Notes under the pieces: generated by a model
The model's database searches: none
Seen by the model: only the letters and a program-made list of their open reading frames with translations
What the model was told of the DNA's origin: nothing
NCBI GenBank assembly: GCA_051362555.1
Contig: CM120642.1
Location: 34,038,001 to 34,102,000 of the forward strand
DNA: 64,000 bases
Direction: 5' to 3'
Origin: Lingula anatina
Taxonomy: Eukaryota; Animalia; Brachiopoda
Shown here: in pieces, positions 46,416 through 62,398 of the stretch
Layout: each line of letters starts with the position of its first letter
How positions within the stretch are numbered: position 1 is the stretch's first letter
Program-made: the position numbers and the translations under genes

Positions 46416-49400
46416 TCATACCACATTAAGTAACTGGACTTCCTCCTCCCCCAGTGGTTTTCTCAGGTGTAAGAACTCCTTAATATTATGCCATACACCA
46501 CGATCAAAGGGGTTGTAGAAATTTCCCTTTCCATCCTTCATGTAGTCGTATCTCTTGTGATTGATTCGCTCATTTGTGGTAATGTTCTTTGTAGCATGGA
46601 AAAGCTGGAATGATGAAATATTTCCTAGCATTAAACATTTTTTTTTCTTTTTTTTCTTTTTTTAGAAAGTAAGTCAATTACATTAAATTCTTCGAAAACT
46701 ATCAAAAGAGAATAATTAACTTCTTTAAGGATACAGTAATTTACTTTATCAGTAAAGTTGTTAGTAATGGACAAATTTCAGAAAAGCATATTTTACTGGA
46801 ATATAATCATTGCTATCTTTAATATCCTACAAGAAAAGCCTACTTAACATAAACAGATAATTATTTCTAACGTCTGAAGTCTGCTTGACAAAGCTTCCAT
46901 TAAGGAATGACATCAAACTTCAGAGCCCCTTTACAATATATCCCTTTCAAATACACTTAATAAATGGCATACAGAGTAAGAATTAACTGTAGATGGTTTT
47001 GTGCAACCCACTCCCTAGAATAACTACTTAAGGCAGTGTTGACCAATAGAATCATTTGGAAACTTTACAATCAACCCCCTTACCGCTATCCCAGATACAG
47101 ATCCCGAAACAATTAGAAAGAACACTGCATAACATAAACAAATCAATTTCTCAAGGGTGGGTGACAGCAAGTCCCCTTCCTGTGTCCAAACTGTTGCTGA
47201 CATGACCATGGTTAGCAGGCCATTCATCCAGATGGTGGTGGCAAATATTACAAAAGAAATCCTGGAAATGTGAAGTATAAAATGTCTGCATGCAGTTGCC
47301 CTGCAACCAGCAAAGGATGATACAGAAGAGGAGGGAGACTTGAGTTTTGTGGCCCATTTCAAAGGTACAGTCTTGACATGCAGGAAAGAGCACCTGTCAA
47401 AGTATGTCTGCTCTCTCTGGTGAATGCCAAACCCTGTTAGCTAGATACTTTCCAACATGAATTCTGCACCCAAAGTCACAAGGCATGAACCAATCTTGGA
47501 CACTGATATGACACTTCTTTCATACCTAAATCACTTTCTGTATGTGTGGGCTCAACTGGACAACACTCATTTTTCCCCTCCAACTTCTGTATCATCCATA
47601 AAGCAATAAGAAAGGCAGTGCACCCTGAAAGTCTTATTACATTTGTAAAATGAAAGAATTTTAAAAATTCTAAATATTTGTCAGGGATAGGAATAAGTAA
47701 CAGGTGTTTCCTCTTTCGTGGGTCAAGCCACATTTGATCTGCAGACTAGCTAGTCTGAGGATCAACTGGTTGTGAATGTTCCCTAAATCCCCAATTTCAT
47801 ATTCTCTTTTTAAAGCTGAAGAGCAAGTCTAAGTTCAAATGTCTGAAGTTGTAAATATGACATCCTATGTATCCTGCCTCATCATAAACTAAATAAACCC
47901 CCAACCTTTCTAATCCAAATGTAAATGAGCAGACAGAGTGCACTGTGCCTTTCATGTGATCTCAAGGGTCGGTCAGCTTACCGAGACACTGCTGAGGACA
48001 GCTGCCAGAAAAGTGAACAGAGTGGCCTCCAGACCCCCAATTATGGTAATGTAATCATCCCACCCATTGGCTTCCAGTATCCAGTAACAGAAGTACAGGG
48101 TGATAACACAGTTCACAAACACCAGGCAGACAAACATGGTAAACCAAACCCTATAATCATAAGAAAAATAGAACATAATTCAGACACAAAATTTAACTAT
48201 GGGTTTGCACTCACTTCAGTTGTAATGATTATCAAATGAGTGTAGCAATTAAGGTGTGACTTTATATGGTTATGGCTGTGTTCACAAATGAACCAAACTT
48301 TAACCACAACGGTAATACCTTTGGTTTAGTTGTGACACAGCCCCTATAGCCTTCTACGATAGGAAATATACTCTAATACTAGAAAAAAAACCCAATAAAA
48401 TTGTTTTCTGATATGGAGCTATAGCAAAGATACAAAGCAAAAGGAAGAGTGATATATATGGTTCAGTGTTGGTATCTAAAACAAGAAAAGAAGAAAACAC
48501 CAATACAAGACAAGGGCACATTCTGATGGAGAGTTTTATGGAGACCCATAAGATCTGATATAATCCCTCAATTTTGATACAAAGTTCTGCTCCAGTTTCA
48601 CAAAAAAAAATAAATAAATAAAAAAAAAAAGTCATCCCTGGCTTAGTTGACTAGGATGTTCATGTTCCTGATAGGATAAGATGTGACCATGCTGTAACAC
48701 TGTTCCTGATAGGATAACATGTGACCATGCTGTAACACTGTTCCTGATAGGATAAGATGTGAAAATGCTGTAACACTGTTCCTGATAGGATAAGTTGTGA
48801 CCATGCTGAAACACTGTTCCTGATAGGATAAGTTGTGACCATGCTGTAACACTGTTCCTGATAGGATAAGTTGTGACCATGCTGTAACACTGTTCCTGAT
48901 AGGATAAGTTGTGACCATGTAACAAAGATGTTAGCTACTGGAATTGATTAAGTTTTTTTTTTTTTTTTTTTTTTTTGTGAAACCAAGGCCTGGGAATAGC
49001 TGAGTAGGCTTTAATGGCAGTGTTATTTTTAAAAGCTGATGTAAATATCACATGAAACATCATTAGAAAATCAAATTCTATCATTATCAAAATCACGTAA
49101 ATCTATTTTTCTCATTGGTATAAGAGATACAGGTGAACTGGGGAAACAGGTGCTTTAGAACTGAAAGACACACAGAAAGTTTCTATTCTAGACATCAGAA
49201 GTGTAAAATTAAAATAAATAACCCAATTTTAATAGGATTGTTTATTTTAAGCCCTGTGTTACCCCCTAATGTACCACCGTGCCACAGATATACATGATAT
49301 CAAATATTTTCTTTTCTTTACATTTGCATTCCCCCTTTTTTCTTCCTCTAGTTTTCATTTCCACCATTCATTTATTTCCAATGGATCATTTTTGGCAAAT

Positions 49401-50432
49401 TTTGTTCATCAGTCTACTGGCCACAGTACTCCGCAGATTTTACCAGTTAATACACCATTACATAGTTTACTCATTAACACTTAAATATGTGGACATAAGT
49501 AACAAATCTTCATTGTTATTAAAATAATATAGAGAAGCTCTTAAGCAGCAAATAATCAAAAGCATGATAAAATAAAATAAAGCAAGCTGTGTGTTATTGC
49601 CAGCTGAGAAGTCTGCTTCACTGTGCATCAGTTCTACCTATACACCCTCAGTGGAGATAAAGGGGGTGTAAGGTAAGCATACCTCTACCATCCACATGCA
49701 GCTAAAATGTTCACTGCAAGCACATGTATGGTGAAGGCAAGTCACTGTCAGTACTCTGAAGCCAGAGTGTTTTATGTGAACAAGATGCAACATTTTTCAG
49801 AAGTAGTGACTGTTGCAAGATTAAGAGTAATGACTCTTCCCAACTGCAAGCTTGAACGGAGACCTTAGTCCACATGAATGGAGAGAAAATACTGGCAATG
49901 GACAAGATTAATTTGGTATCTGAATTAATATATCATGGTCCATTCATACACTGAGAAGACCAAGACCCTAGATACCACTTCTTTCAACAGAGTTACCGTT
50001 ATCAAAACTCCTCCCTCTCTCTGCCGGCACCTACCTGTTATTATAGCCCACACAGTTGTAGATGTATGGGCAATGGTGGTCAAACTCACTCACACAGCGC
50101 TGACATATCCTACAGTGCTTGGAGCGAAGTGGTTTAACTGTACGACATGTGTGACATAGACGACTTAGAGGGTTCTTTCCATGCTTCCACTCAGCAAAGT
50201 GAGCCACCTATTACATATTTATAAAGATATATATATATAGAGAGAGTTATACATGGAGAAACAGATAAATGTATATAGTAATACATGCAGTCATTGTGAA
50301 TTGATTCACAGTCAATTTGAAGTTTCATGTAAAAATATAGTTGGATCAGAACTACTTCAAAGTTAAATTTGAAAGTGGATCAGTTAAAATAATTGACTTG
50401 CTCAATGGTATCACACTGCATTCTCTCTACAT

Positions 50433-50497
<65 letters not shown>

Positions 50498-53400
50498 CCA
50501 TAACAACCACTGTGTTAACTGAGGTACATTTAAAGTACTCTTCACCTGTTTAATGGCCATGTCATACTCTGGAATGTTCCTGGGTAAGAAGCCTGGGTCT
50601 ATAGAGTTAGCATGGTACAGGGAGATCCACATCACAATGTTCAGGAAGATAAAGATGATGTGTAATGGAAGGAGGTCATAACCTGTCAGTGGAATACCCT
50701 GAAATATAAGATAAAGATGATGTGTAATGGAAGGAGATCATAACCTGTCAGTGGAATACCCTGGAATATAAGATAAAGATGATGTGTAATGGAAGGAGAT
50801 CATAACCTGTCAGTGGAATACCCTGGAATATAAGATAAAGGTGATGTGTAATGGAAGGAGATCATAACCTGTCAGTGGAATACCCTGGAATATAAGATAA
50901 ATATGATATGTAATGGAAGGAGGTCATAACCTGTCAGTGGAATACCCTGCAATAAGTGAAAATATTTGTTTGTTTTTTTTTTCTTTAATATGGGAGCACT
51001 TTATTTTTCTTTGTTATTGTATTATAAATTCATCATTCAAGTTGTGTACAGACAACAAAAGAATGAATTTAAAAAAAGAAAAAAAAAACATGGCTCCAAT
51101 TACCATCCCGAAAGGAACCTCATTGTGGTACCCAACAGATGTGAATTATGTCACTGCCTCCGTGCCGAAACAAGACACCAGTATTACACCATTCCATATT
51201 TATTGACATTTAGCCAATCAAATAACAAGATTTTTGCTCCTTGAATGATAATACAGCAACGGATTTAATATCCCAGTTCAAATGTGTGTATTAACATCAC
51301 AGTTTAAACGGAATCACAGGTTACACCCTGTCAAATAATAACCTGGAAAAACATCCAGCTTACTAGTATAAAAATTTTCAATGGAAAACAAACTCATCAA
51401 TTTAGGTTGAAGACATTGTTAGAAGAATAACATTTGTCTTGACCCAAATATTATTCAAATTGACTAGAAGGATTTGACTTACATTATTTCCAAATAATTT
51501 AACAAGAGTTATTATATTATGTTAAAAAAGTCAATAATTACTTTTTGCATTGAATCTAAACATCAATTATCATAATATAAATATAATAAAATACAATTCA
51601 ACAAGAAATTTCTAACACAACAAAACTACCATCTTCCTTCTCCCTTACCTTATAAATGTACATTGGGTAACCCCAGAATATTGTGTTCACAATGAAAAAT
51701 AGTAAAGGCATTTTACTATTTCCAGGAGGACCAAAGATTATAGACCTAAAAAGAAAATGGGTATCATTAGATGAATCAAAAATAAATGATTCCAAACTAT
51801 TTCAATAAAAACATATAAATCAAGAAAAGGGGTAATTTTCATCTTGATGTCTGTGGTCCCTGCTGCAATATTTTCTGGGAGTTCATGTCCATTTAGTGAA
51901 TGCTTTAATTAAACCTGAAAGTCCTATGATATAAAACTGAATTAGTCACAGAGAGAAGTAATGTAACATCATCCATACATATAATCCTCCTCCTCTTGCT
52001 TCACAGGCTTGGTGAGAGCTTTCTCGTGGCTCTTAATGTTCTCAACAGGTTTAGAAGTCTCATTTTTTTCCCCCTGGTTTATCTCCAGTGTCACCTGACA
52101 TGTCTGTGACGTGTCACTCTCCTCAGCTCCCAGTGAGATATGACTGGCCAGTGACACTGTGGGGGACACTGTGACACTCAGCCCCATGTTGGTGATGTCA
52201 CGTTTGACGACTTCCATCCATCTGGACCGCGTGTGTCTCCTACCATAGGAACGTACCCAGCGGTGGATTTTATGTGGTAGATGGTCCTTGTCCATCACCT
52301 CTGTAGTTGACAAGTTTTCTTTACGGATGTTTACTATATTCTCTCACTCTTTTCCAGTTGATTTCAAGCTCTTTTCATTACTGTTCTCCCTCCAAAGTAC
52401 TTTCCGAGTGCTCTTCAACACAACTTCAAAGATGAGCTGATATTGATTTCAGATTGATTTTTAAGGCTCCTCAAAGTGGAGCATAATGTAATGCAGTTAC
52501 TTATAATAATATCATATTTAGGACTGGGGCACTTGCTGACCAATTAAACACCAGTGCTCAATATTTTGTCCAAAATCAATACTTCCCTTCCAGTCAAATA
52601 CTCTTTTTAATTATATAAGTAAATAAAATAAATTCAAACAACAAATATGCCATCAAAAATTATCATCATAAATATTATTAATATGATGCATCTGAGAAAG
52701 AAAGGGGCAAGGGGCTCCTGGGCAATTTCCTAACTACAAGGAAACTGTGCAGATCAATTGGAATTAGTGTGTCTTAGTTAAGTAGCAGCACTGTATTTAG
52801 TGAACAGATGGGCAACATTCCCATCACATTGGCAACACAGTCTCAGCATAATCATTTGGACATTGCAGTATTTCTTTCTCAATTCAAGCTTAATCAACTG
52901 ATTCCATTTCCAAAAGGTAAAATTATATTAAATTTTCTTAGTGAAAAAATGTGATTAAAAAATGCTACAAAAACGGTTGGGCTCAGAGAGGGCATTTTGT
53001 AAAACTACTAGTAGTCATTTTAAGGAGGTGTCTTTTGGCAGGGAATTCAACAGAGACATCATGTGCACTGCTGTGGAGTTAAACCACAGAAACAACCAGT
53101 GTGATAATGGTCCGATACATATGAGCAAAATCAATTTATTATATTTCTTCAAACAAAATGGTTTGAAAGCCCTGAGAGGCTGTTGAGATATCTGCTTGAC
53201 CGTGAAAAAGACTTATCATGAGGAACTATATTATAAGGTGAGTAGGGTGGCATTATGTACTATATCCCTAGTAAGCTACACTGATATAAGAAAATGCCTG
53301 CTTTGAAATATATATATAATATATATATATAATCATTCCTTGGCTCTTATAGAGGCATTGATATTCTTAGCTTATATTGTGCACCTAAAATGTAATCTCA

Positions 53401-54285
53401 AAGTAATCACAACTTTAGAATTAATCTAATTGTCAGAAAGCAGCAAAATAATTTAACTTATGAACAGTTATTTACTTGTACAGTATGAAAATACTTACCA
53501 AAAATCTATTCGTGGTAAAAAGCTACTTTTGTTTTTGATGAGGTTTGTTAGGTAGTAGACAATTTCTTCGTGCTTTCTGCCTCTTGCTAACATCAATGGC
53601 GTCTTGTTATTATTGTCTGCTATGTCTATTTCCACACCATCCTAAGGAGGGAACAACACAGATCATGTTTTAATTAGCTGTCATATATTATATAATGTCA
53701 TATATCATATGAAATAAATACCCTGTAAAAGCAATCTTGAATAAAAATGTCCAAAAGTCTCAAAAACACAAGTTGTCAACCAAAACAGCAAACAAGGAGG
53801 GAAAGCCTCTTCCACCCCTGAAATTCCATTTGAAAGTTGCTAAACTCTTTTTTCTCAGAAAGATAAATAAATCCTCATGGTAGAAAAGTCTGATCCCAGA
53901 AAAAAGAAATAAAAAATCCAACATGTGCAGGGGCGGATCCAGAGATATTTTCTGACAGTTTTCCAAATTATCTTTGTTGATCCATCCTCCAATTTTGACC
54001 GTCTTCCGAAAGAAAAAATTACATACCCATCAATGTAGACTGAAAAGTCTGACATTTTCTGGAAGACCCAGAAGACTGCCCCAATCCGCCCCTGATGTGC
54101 CAAAGTAAACCATGCCTTACCTGTTCACTGAGTTCTTTGACAGAGGTTAAGTCTCCACTGATACAGGCCAGGTGGAGGGGTGTCTGACCATAGTTGTCCT
54201 TCTGTTTTGGGTTGAAGCCAGAGTATATCAGGAGACGCATTAATTCTGAATGACCTAAATATGAAGAATATGATATATTGTATAT

Positions 54286-54321
<36 letters not shown>

Positions 54322-55806
54322 TGGAGAGAGAGAGAGAGAGATGCCATCTGGTTTTTGCACTGCTGTCATAACAACTATGACAAGTAGAGGGTCATGTTTA
54401 CAATATAAGACTGTCAGATGTCAGTGGAATTTAAGGTTAATAAAAAAGAAAGCAAACCAATATGTAGAAACCACCTGAACATGGCCTCAGTCAGTCCATG
54501 AAATACATACCTTTAAATGCTGCCCAGTGTAATGCATTATCTCCATCCTTATCACAGATTTGTAGTCTTGCACCTTTCCCCATAAGATAACCTGCTAACA
54601 TAGTTTTTCCATACTGTGCTGCTGCTATGAGGGGTGTCACCCCCTTATTATCAGTCACATCAATAGATACACCTGTCTGGACTAGAATATCCACAACTGC
54701 AATATGTCCATTAACACAGGCCCAGTGGATGGGGTGAGCACCTAATTCATTCTCACTAGGTTCATCGATTGGTCCCTTCATTTCTATAATGTAACGTAAG
54801 ATATTTGTGTGTCCTCCTAAGCAGGCCCAGTGGGCTGGGGTGTGACCTTTATCATCCCTTGTTTTTAACATCTCTGGCTGCATTTCCACCACATTCTGTA
54901 GAGGTATTAATAACCTGGAATAGGAGACAGATACATGGCTTATCATACACAGAAAAACATGTATGCTTTTTCTTCAAGTATTAACTCAAAGACTTAAGTA
55001 TCCACTCGGAAAATTAAAATATGTAATTTGTAAAGTGTAATAGCATCATTTTAAACTTCATTCGTAGATAATATATATTCATCAATTCAGTGTAAGATAG
55101 CTTTCAATATGTTCATTTACACTACATATGTTTCCATCAGCTTTATTAAGATCATTCCAATAGGTTGAGTGCATGGCAATATAAAGCCTTGAAAACGTCA
55201 TTTAACAAGGGTGAAGCGAACTGCACATTTTGATAGATAGATATATCAGTACTGTACATATACCTGTGAACATATACCAGTACACATACCATTCTATATT
55301 TCTATAACACTTTAATAACACAATGACAGAACATTCAAATCAAAGCATCTGGTTTATCCATTATTTAAACAAGCCTTCAGAACTGTGCAAACTTTTCGGT
55401 GTTTGCATAGCAGGTGCGACGCCGTTAGAACGAAAATTCTTACTTTTAATAAAACAGGGTACCAGAAAGTTTGACCCCAGATACAGAAGGTTTTGACATT
55501 TTGACCGAAACAAGATCAAGCTTGCTTTCGCGCGAAGTTCATCATCTGGCGCAATAATTAGCCCACGCCCCTCTCAGCGTCCTGTTACTATAATTTGGGA
55601 TGGTCTCCATGGACATCTACACTCCACACTTACCCTGCTTTTATTATTTCAAAGAGACTCGGTGGTTTGTGGCCATTAGGATTTGATTGTTGTGACGCCG
55701 GTTTTCCTGCTAAGAAGGGCAAATTTGGCATTTTGTCAAGGCCAAGCGGAACAATCAGGTCTGTTTTGGCCCGGTCAATCTCTTGATTCATTTTGTTGGT
55801 CGCCAT
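46416..55806 (-). CDS. Ankyrin-repeat DHHC palmitoyltransferase (HIP14/ZDHHC17/AKR1-like), 9 exons, about 544 aa
   Basis: Exons (minus): 55806-55634, 54914-54511, 54254-54121, 53641-53499, 51745-51649, 50698-50546, 50207-50035, 48150-47982, 46604-46416. Ankyrin repeats ([27 protein letters not shown]). Cys-rich domain [37 protein letters not shown]. TTxE (TTNE) and NPFDRG motifs. Confidence 0.9.
47150..47400 (-). mobile_element. Degenerate LINE reverse-transcriptase fragment
   Basis: IWMNGLLT...[11 protein letters not shown] resembles the RT QGDxLSPxL motif. Confidence 0.4.
48663..48922. repeat. 38-bp minisatellite, 7 copies, intronic
   Basis: Unit tgttcctgataggataagttgtgaccatgctgtaacac. 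Confidence 0.9.
50646..50949 (-). repeat. 62-bp tandem repeat, 5 copies, spanning the DHHC-gene exon 6 acceptor
   Basis: cag|GGTATTCCACTGACAGG starts at 50946, 50884, 50822, 50760 and 50698 on the minus strand. Confidence 0.93.
52180..52445 (-). mobile_element. Degenerate RTE-type LINE 3' fragment
   Basis: Minus-strand pieces IFE...[10 protein letters not shown] and HLPHKIHRW...[17 protein letters not shown] resemble the RTE ORF C-terminus. Confidence 0.5.
53928..54094. mobile_element. Small MITE with 5-bp TSD (possibly hAT5-like)
   Basis: TIR CAGGGGCGGAT / ATCCGCCCCTG, with ATGTG duplicated on both sides. Confidence 0.75.
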
Positions 55807-56040
55807 GATGCCTGGAAGTACCGAAATCTGAAACAAAATTTTTGCAAATTATTAAACTTTGCATTAAAAACTAAGAAAAACATTTGATCTGGAATTTCAT
55901 GAGTAAATGAACGAATAAATCAAATAATGTAGAAATCGTATTTTATAATTAGCAGGCATTATAAATAACCGCAGCATGAGTCTTTGTTTTTTTTTTCTTA
56001 TGACCAGTGGTGACATCTATCGAAAAGTCAGGACGGAAGA
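55807..56040. promoter_or_regulatory. Putative bidirectional promoter, DHHC gene/RBX1
   Basis: Divergent ATGs are 234 bp apart, and the region is locally CpG-rich. Confidence 0.7.
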
Positions 56041-58111
<2,071 letters not shown>

Positions 58112-58199
58112 TTCATCTCAACTTTACCCAAGATTAAACAAGCTCTTTTATATTTACCAGAATGCATCATTAAAGAAAGACAGTGTACAAATCTGGGGA

Positions 58200-58261
<62 letters not shown>

Positions 58262-59109
58262 TTACAGTATGAGGAAAGCACTAAGAGGTTGGTTGGGTCA
58301 ATATGTTCTCTGAAAAGTATCCAGAAGGAAATAAAAAAAAGGAGCTAATAATTATTTCAAATACTGAAATAATTATTTCAAATACTGAATTACTTTAAAA
58401 TATATAACATTATCAGCGTACTTGGTGATTGCTCTACAGTTATGATTAAAGCCATTTTTTTATTGTCTTTTAATCAACTTGATGGTAACAGCTTGATAGT
58501 TAATGCCATTAGGGAATTTCCATCAAAGTGATTTCCATGTTAGTCAAAATACCAAATGGCTCATGTGAACTTGTGTATATGTTTATTTTGTATCTGGTAT
58601 ATAAACCTATACGAGTTGAAATAAAATCATTAAAGAGGATGTACCTGTTTTCATATGTTAAAGGTTGTTACCAAGTCTGAAGTGGTTAATGGGTTTCGGC
58701 GTAGGCATCTCATGACATCTAGAATTCAAGGAAATTAAGTGTGCCCTAGGCTTTCAGTTCTGAGAACTCTTCCATGGCAGTTTGTTGCTTTGTTGTGTAC
58801 ATAATATTTAAAAAAAATGAAAATATAAGATTGGACTTCAAACTTCTTATTTTGGTGGTCAAGTACACAAAAAGACCAAAATGAAGTGTAATAAATGTCC
58901 TGTTAATAATTCCTATACTTGATCTTTAATCTGAGATGCTGTGATGTAACATCATACAACTAAATGGCACTTTGGCATTTTCTGAGGTTTTAATGTTGAT
59001 ATTACCAATCAGTTTATGCCCCAGTTTCTAGTCATTCCAGAGGCTGTCAATCGACAAAATACGTCCTTCTCGGATGAGTTCAAACAACCAACACAGAATG
59101 TTATGGATC

Positions 59110-59660
59110 CACCTTTTTTTATGTACAGACACAGACACATCTGCGTCTGTCGTTGCCGTCGCCGAGCACTCAGCGATAACACGATAAGTGGAATACCGTT
59201 TTACATTTTGTATTCAAATTTACAGAACTGATGAATATTCATAATACGCAGGTCAAGTTCGAAAATCAGCATGATCGGGCCATTTTTAGGGAAGTTATGC
59301 TGTTTTTTCACTTTTTTCAGCATATATGCAGCACCGATAACACAATAAGTGGAAAACCATTTTACTTTATGGCTTGAAACTTACAAAACTGATGAATATT
59401 TATAATCTGCAGGTCAAGTGACATACGCACGGCAAGTTCGAAAATCAGCATGATCAGGCCATTTTAAGGGAAGTTATGCTGTTTTTCGATTTTTTCAGCA
59501 TGTATGCAACCCTGATAACACAATATAAGAAAAACAGATAGGCCAATTGTCATTATTTTCACAAGACTGGTCAATCTTACTAAAACGCAGGTTGAGATAG
59601 AAAATCAGCATAATCGGGCCATTATTTTGAAGTTATGCAGTTTTTTCACATTTCCTCAGA
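59110..59660 (+). repeat. HINE-like element with about 3 satellite-type units of 160-180 bp
   Basis: Units repeat gataacac(g/a)ataag...gaaaatcagcat(g/a)atc(g/a)ggccatt...gaagttatgc at about 59176, 59336 and 59514. Confidence 0.6.
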
Positions 59661-60776
59661 TTCAATTCTTAGGCATGTTAACAGTCTCATTATTTAACTA
59701 ATAAGATACATAAAAGTGTTTGTTTGACATTTCCTGCATCTTTATAACATTGTTAGTTGATTATGTAAAAAAGTTGGTAAATTTGTTATCGTGTTTTGTG
59801 TAATAAAGTGTCAAAAATGGAAATAAACTCATATCATTCCAGATTGTCAGATTCAATCATCCACTATGTTCAGAATCTCAGAATGGAGGAAATTTGACAT
59901 TTAACACTGTTCTATTGATTTTTTTCCCATCTCATCAATTTTATCAGTTGATCTAATAAAAATGGCAGTAAAACGTTTATTTTGTTTTATGTTAAAAATG
60001 TGTTAAAAATGGAAATAAACCCATTGCAGAACAGTGCTGTCTTGTTTACATTTTGGCATTTTCAAGGTGACTTTGAAGTTCCATGTGCCTGAAGCCTTAT
60101 GCTTGTTACACATTTTGCTTACATTGGTATTACCTGTTGAGCATAATTAAAATTTGATGTTGAATTTGCAGTTAAGCATAATGTACTTTTGCACCAGATT
60201 TGACAGTAGCCTATTTTGTGCATTGTTATTTCCTGCTTTTTGTCTGTACATTTGACAGCTTTGCTGCCTTGTTTAACATTATCAGTCATGAGTTTAGTTT
60301 ATGGTGCCAAACTGCAGGACATTAAAACACTGTTACAGATGATAATTAGTGCTTATTTAGATCTAGGAAGTCTGTTTATGTAATGCTGCCCTGTCATTGG
60401 AATCTAGGAAAATGAATGACACCAACCGTCCGTTGATATCACTGTGATGTCTTGTTATGTGACGCCACAAGCATTTAGGATTCAATTAATTTTGACTTCC
60501 TTTGATAAGAAGAAGTGTTGTTGCTCGAGTCCATAGGTAACCTAAATTGATATTCCAAAGATGTTCATTCAAGTGTTTCCTTGTAAGAACAGAACAAAGA
60601 ACTTCAAATAATCCCTCTTACGATGGGATTCTTTGTGTGGTGCTGTGTTCTTTTCTCTTGATTATATTAAAGAAGTTTTGCTTTTCTTGAGAAAAAAAAC
60701 TTTCCTGAAAAATCATCTAGTAATCAGTGTCGATCATAGAGTAGTGCCTGTAAGTTCAGTTCTGATGTCAGTCCTA

Positions 60777-61250
60777 GACCCCATTCCCACAAATTTTAGA
60801 TCGATCTATCCCTGTGGGGAGTCTCACTAGATTACTGTCAGTTTAGCCGGCTTAAATGTCTCTCCCGCCTACTAAAAGCTGTAAGGGGGTAATTAACTAC
60901 CGTGCGCGCTCGGCTGACAGCAATTTAGCGTGAACCCCCAGGGAGTTAGGTCAATCTAGATGGATCGATCTAAACCTATGGGAATGCACTCCTAGAGACC
61001 ATTCCCAGGGACTATCGTACAAACTTTGGATCGAACTTCTCAGAGGGGATTCTCGCTTAATTGCAATTAACTTGGGCGGCTTAAATGTCTGTCACGTCTG
61101 CTGAGGCTGATAGGGGGTAATTAACTATTGTTTAGCAGCTTTAGTAGGCGTCTCAGACATCTTAGTCACTAAAGCTGAAAGCATTTAACGAAGGACCCCG
61201 TGGAGATGGACCGATCCTGTTAGATCGATCTAGGGATGGGAACCCAGTCC
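60777..61250. mobile_element. Two adjacent related Harbinger-like MITEs (60777-60991 and about 60995-61250)
   Basis: The first has a CTA TSD and matches 40430-40644. The second shares its arms with 2298-2520. Confidence 0.75.
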
Positions 61251-62398
61251 TGGAGGTAAGCCTTGCCCAGTAAGGCAAAACGTTCATAAATTATCTTTTA
61301 GATCTTATTTCTTAATGAAGTGATAAATTTATTACTAATCCTATAAATATAATATTATTTAAATAATTTGCGTTACTTTCATCAACCGATTGGCATATAT
61401 GCCTAAATGACGACAACACATAACGTCCTAACAACAGAATCACAGGAAAATACACCAATATAGAAATAGACAGATGATGTAGTTTGCATTTGTTTGGTTG
61501 TGAAAGTAATGCTGTAATGTCCCATGTAAACGTTTGTCATCCAGATCTAAGCGGAGCACCTATTAACCCTGCCTGTCAAGTAGGTTCTAATACAATACAA
61601 CCTAAAGATTTAGTTCTAAGATTATAACTGAGGACACGTTCTTGGATTCTGAGAATTACAGAAGAATAAACAGCAATTAGGGAAATTAGCTGTGGTCTGA
61701 AGTGTGCCTTTATTTAATCCCTAAAGAGTTCGCTTCCGTCAAAAATTGTTAACGCTACCGTCGCTACACATAATTCACGTCAGACATTTTCGTATATGCG
61801 ATGCACTACGCCTTACTCTCTTAGTTGCCATTATAAAGCAAGTCTTGTAAATATTTGATATAACATCAATCTAATGCAAAGTATTTATTTCACATCTTTC
61901 GATCCTAGATGGTGTCACATTTTTATCTAAATATATCGATTTTGTACACATAATGATGGCAACTAAAGTCTGCCATTTTTTACATCAAGTTACCAAAACC
62001 TCCAGGTAATTCGTTCTAGACGTTGTACCCCCTGCTGTTAATTCGTCCTTCAGAAAATTCATATCCGGACAGAAACGGCATACATTCGTACCTGTAAGTG
62101 TTTGGTATACCACGGCTTCCCGCCTAATATATACCACATCACGGCTATAACGAGGTATTCACGATATTAGATCAGAAGTGGCTTTGATTAAGTAAAGTGC
62201 ATGGAGCAGTGTTGTGCTGTCTAGTAATAGTTGTGCTATATGGCATGTTAACCTATCTGATATGAGTTAATCACTCTCCCATAGGAGTCAAGATTAAGCT
62301 AGGCTGCTGATTGTGGGATTGTGTGTGTGTGTGAGGGGGGGAGGGCAAACAACAATTTCCTGGCATCATCGTTGTACTGGGTATTCATAGACAAACTA

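Noticed and set aside
48663-48922. Regular 38-bp repeats superficially like a CRISPR array
   Set aside because: No unique spacers and a eukaryotic intronic context; an ordinary minisatellite.
55290-55301. Candidate 12-nt microexon (tag|AAATATAGAATG|gtatgt, adding NIEW) in DHHC intron 1
   Set aside because: Phase-compatible, but direct exon 1-2 joining gives better ankyrin spacing (34 versus 38 residues) and the pyrimidine tract is weak.
61250-61285. Hammerhead-like stem gcctt-gcccagt-aaggc followed by aaaac
   Set aside because: Catalytic core nucleotides are absent or mutated and flanking stems were not found.
61990-62090. Possible minus-strand exon (acceptor cttacag at about 62091)
   Set aside because: Could not be joined to the 63922 exon to give a recognisable protein.
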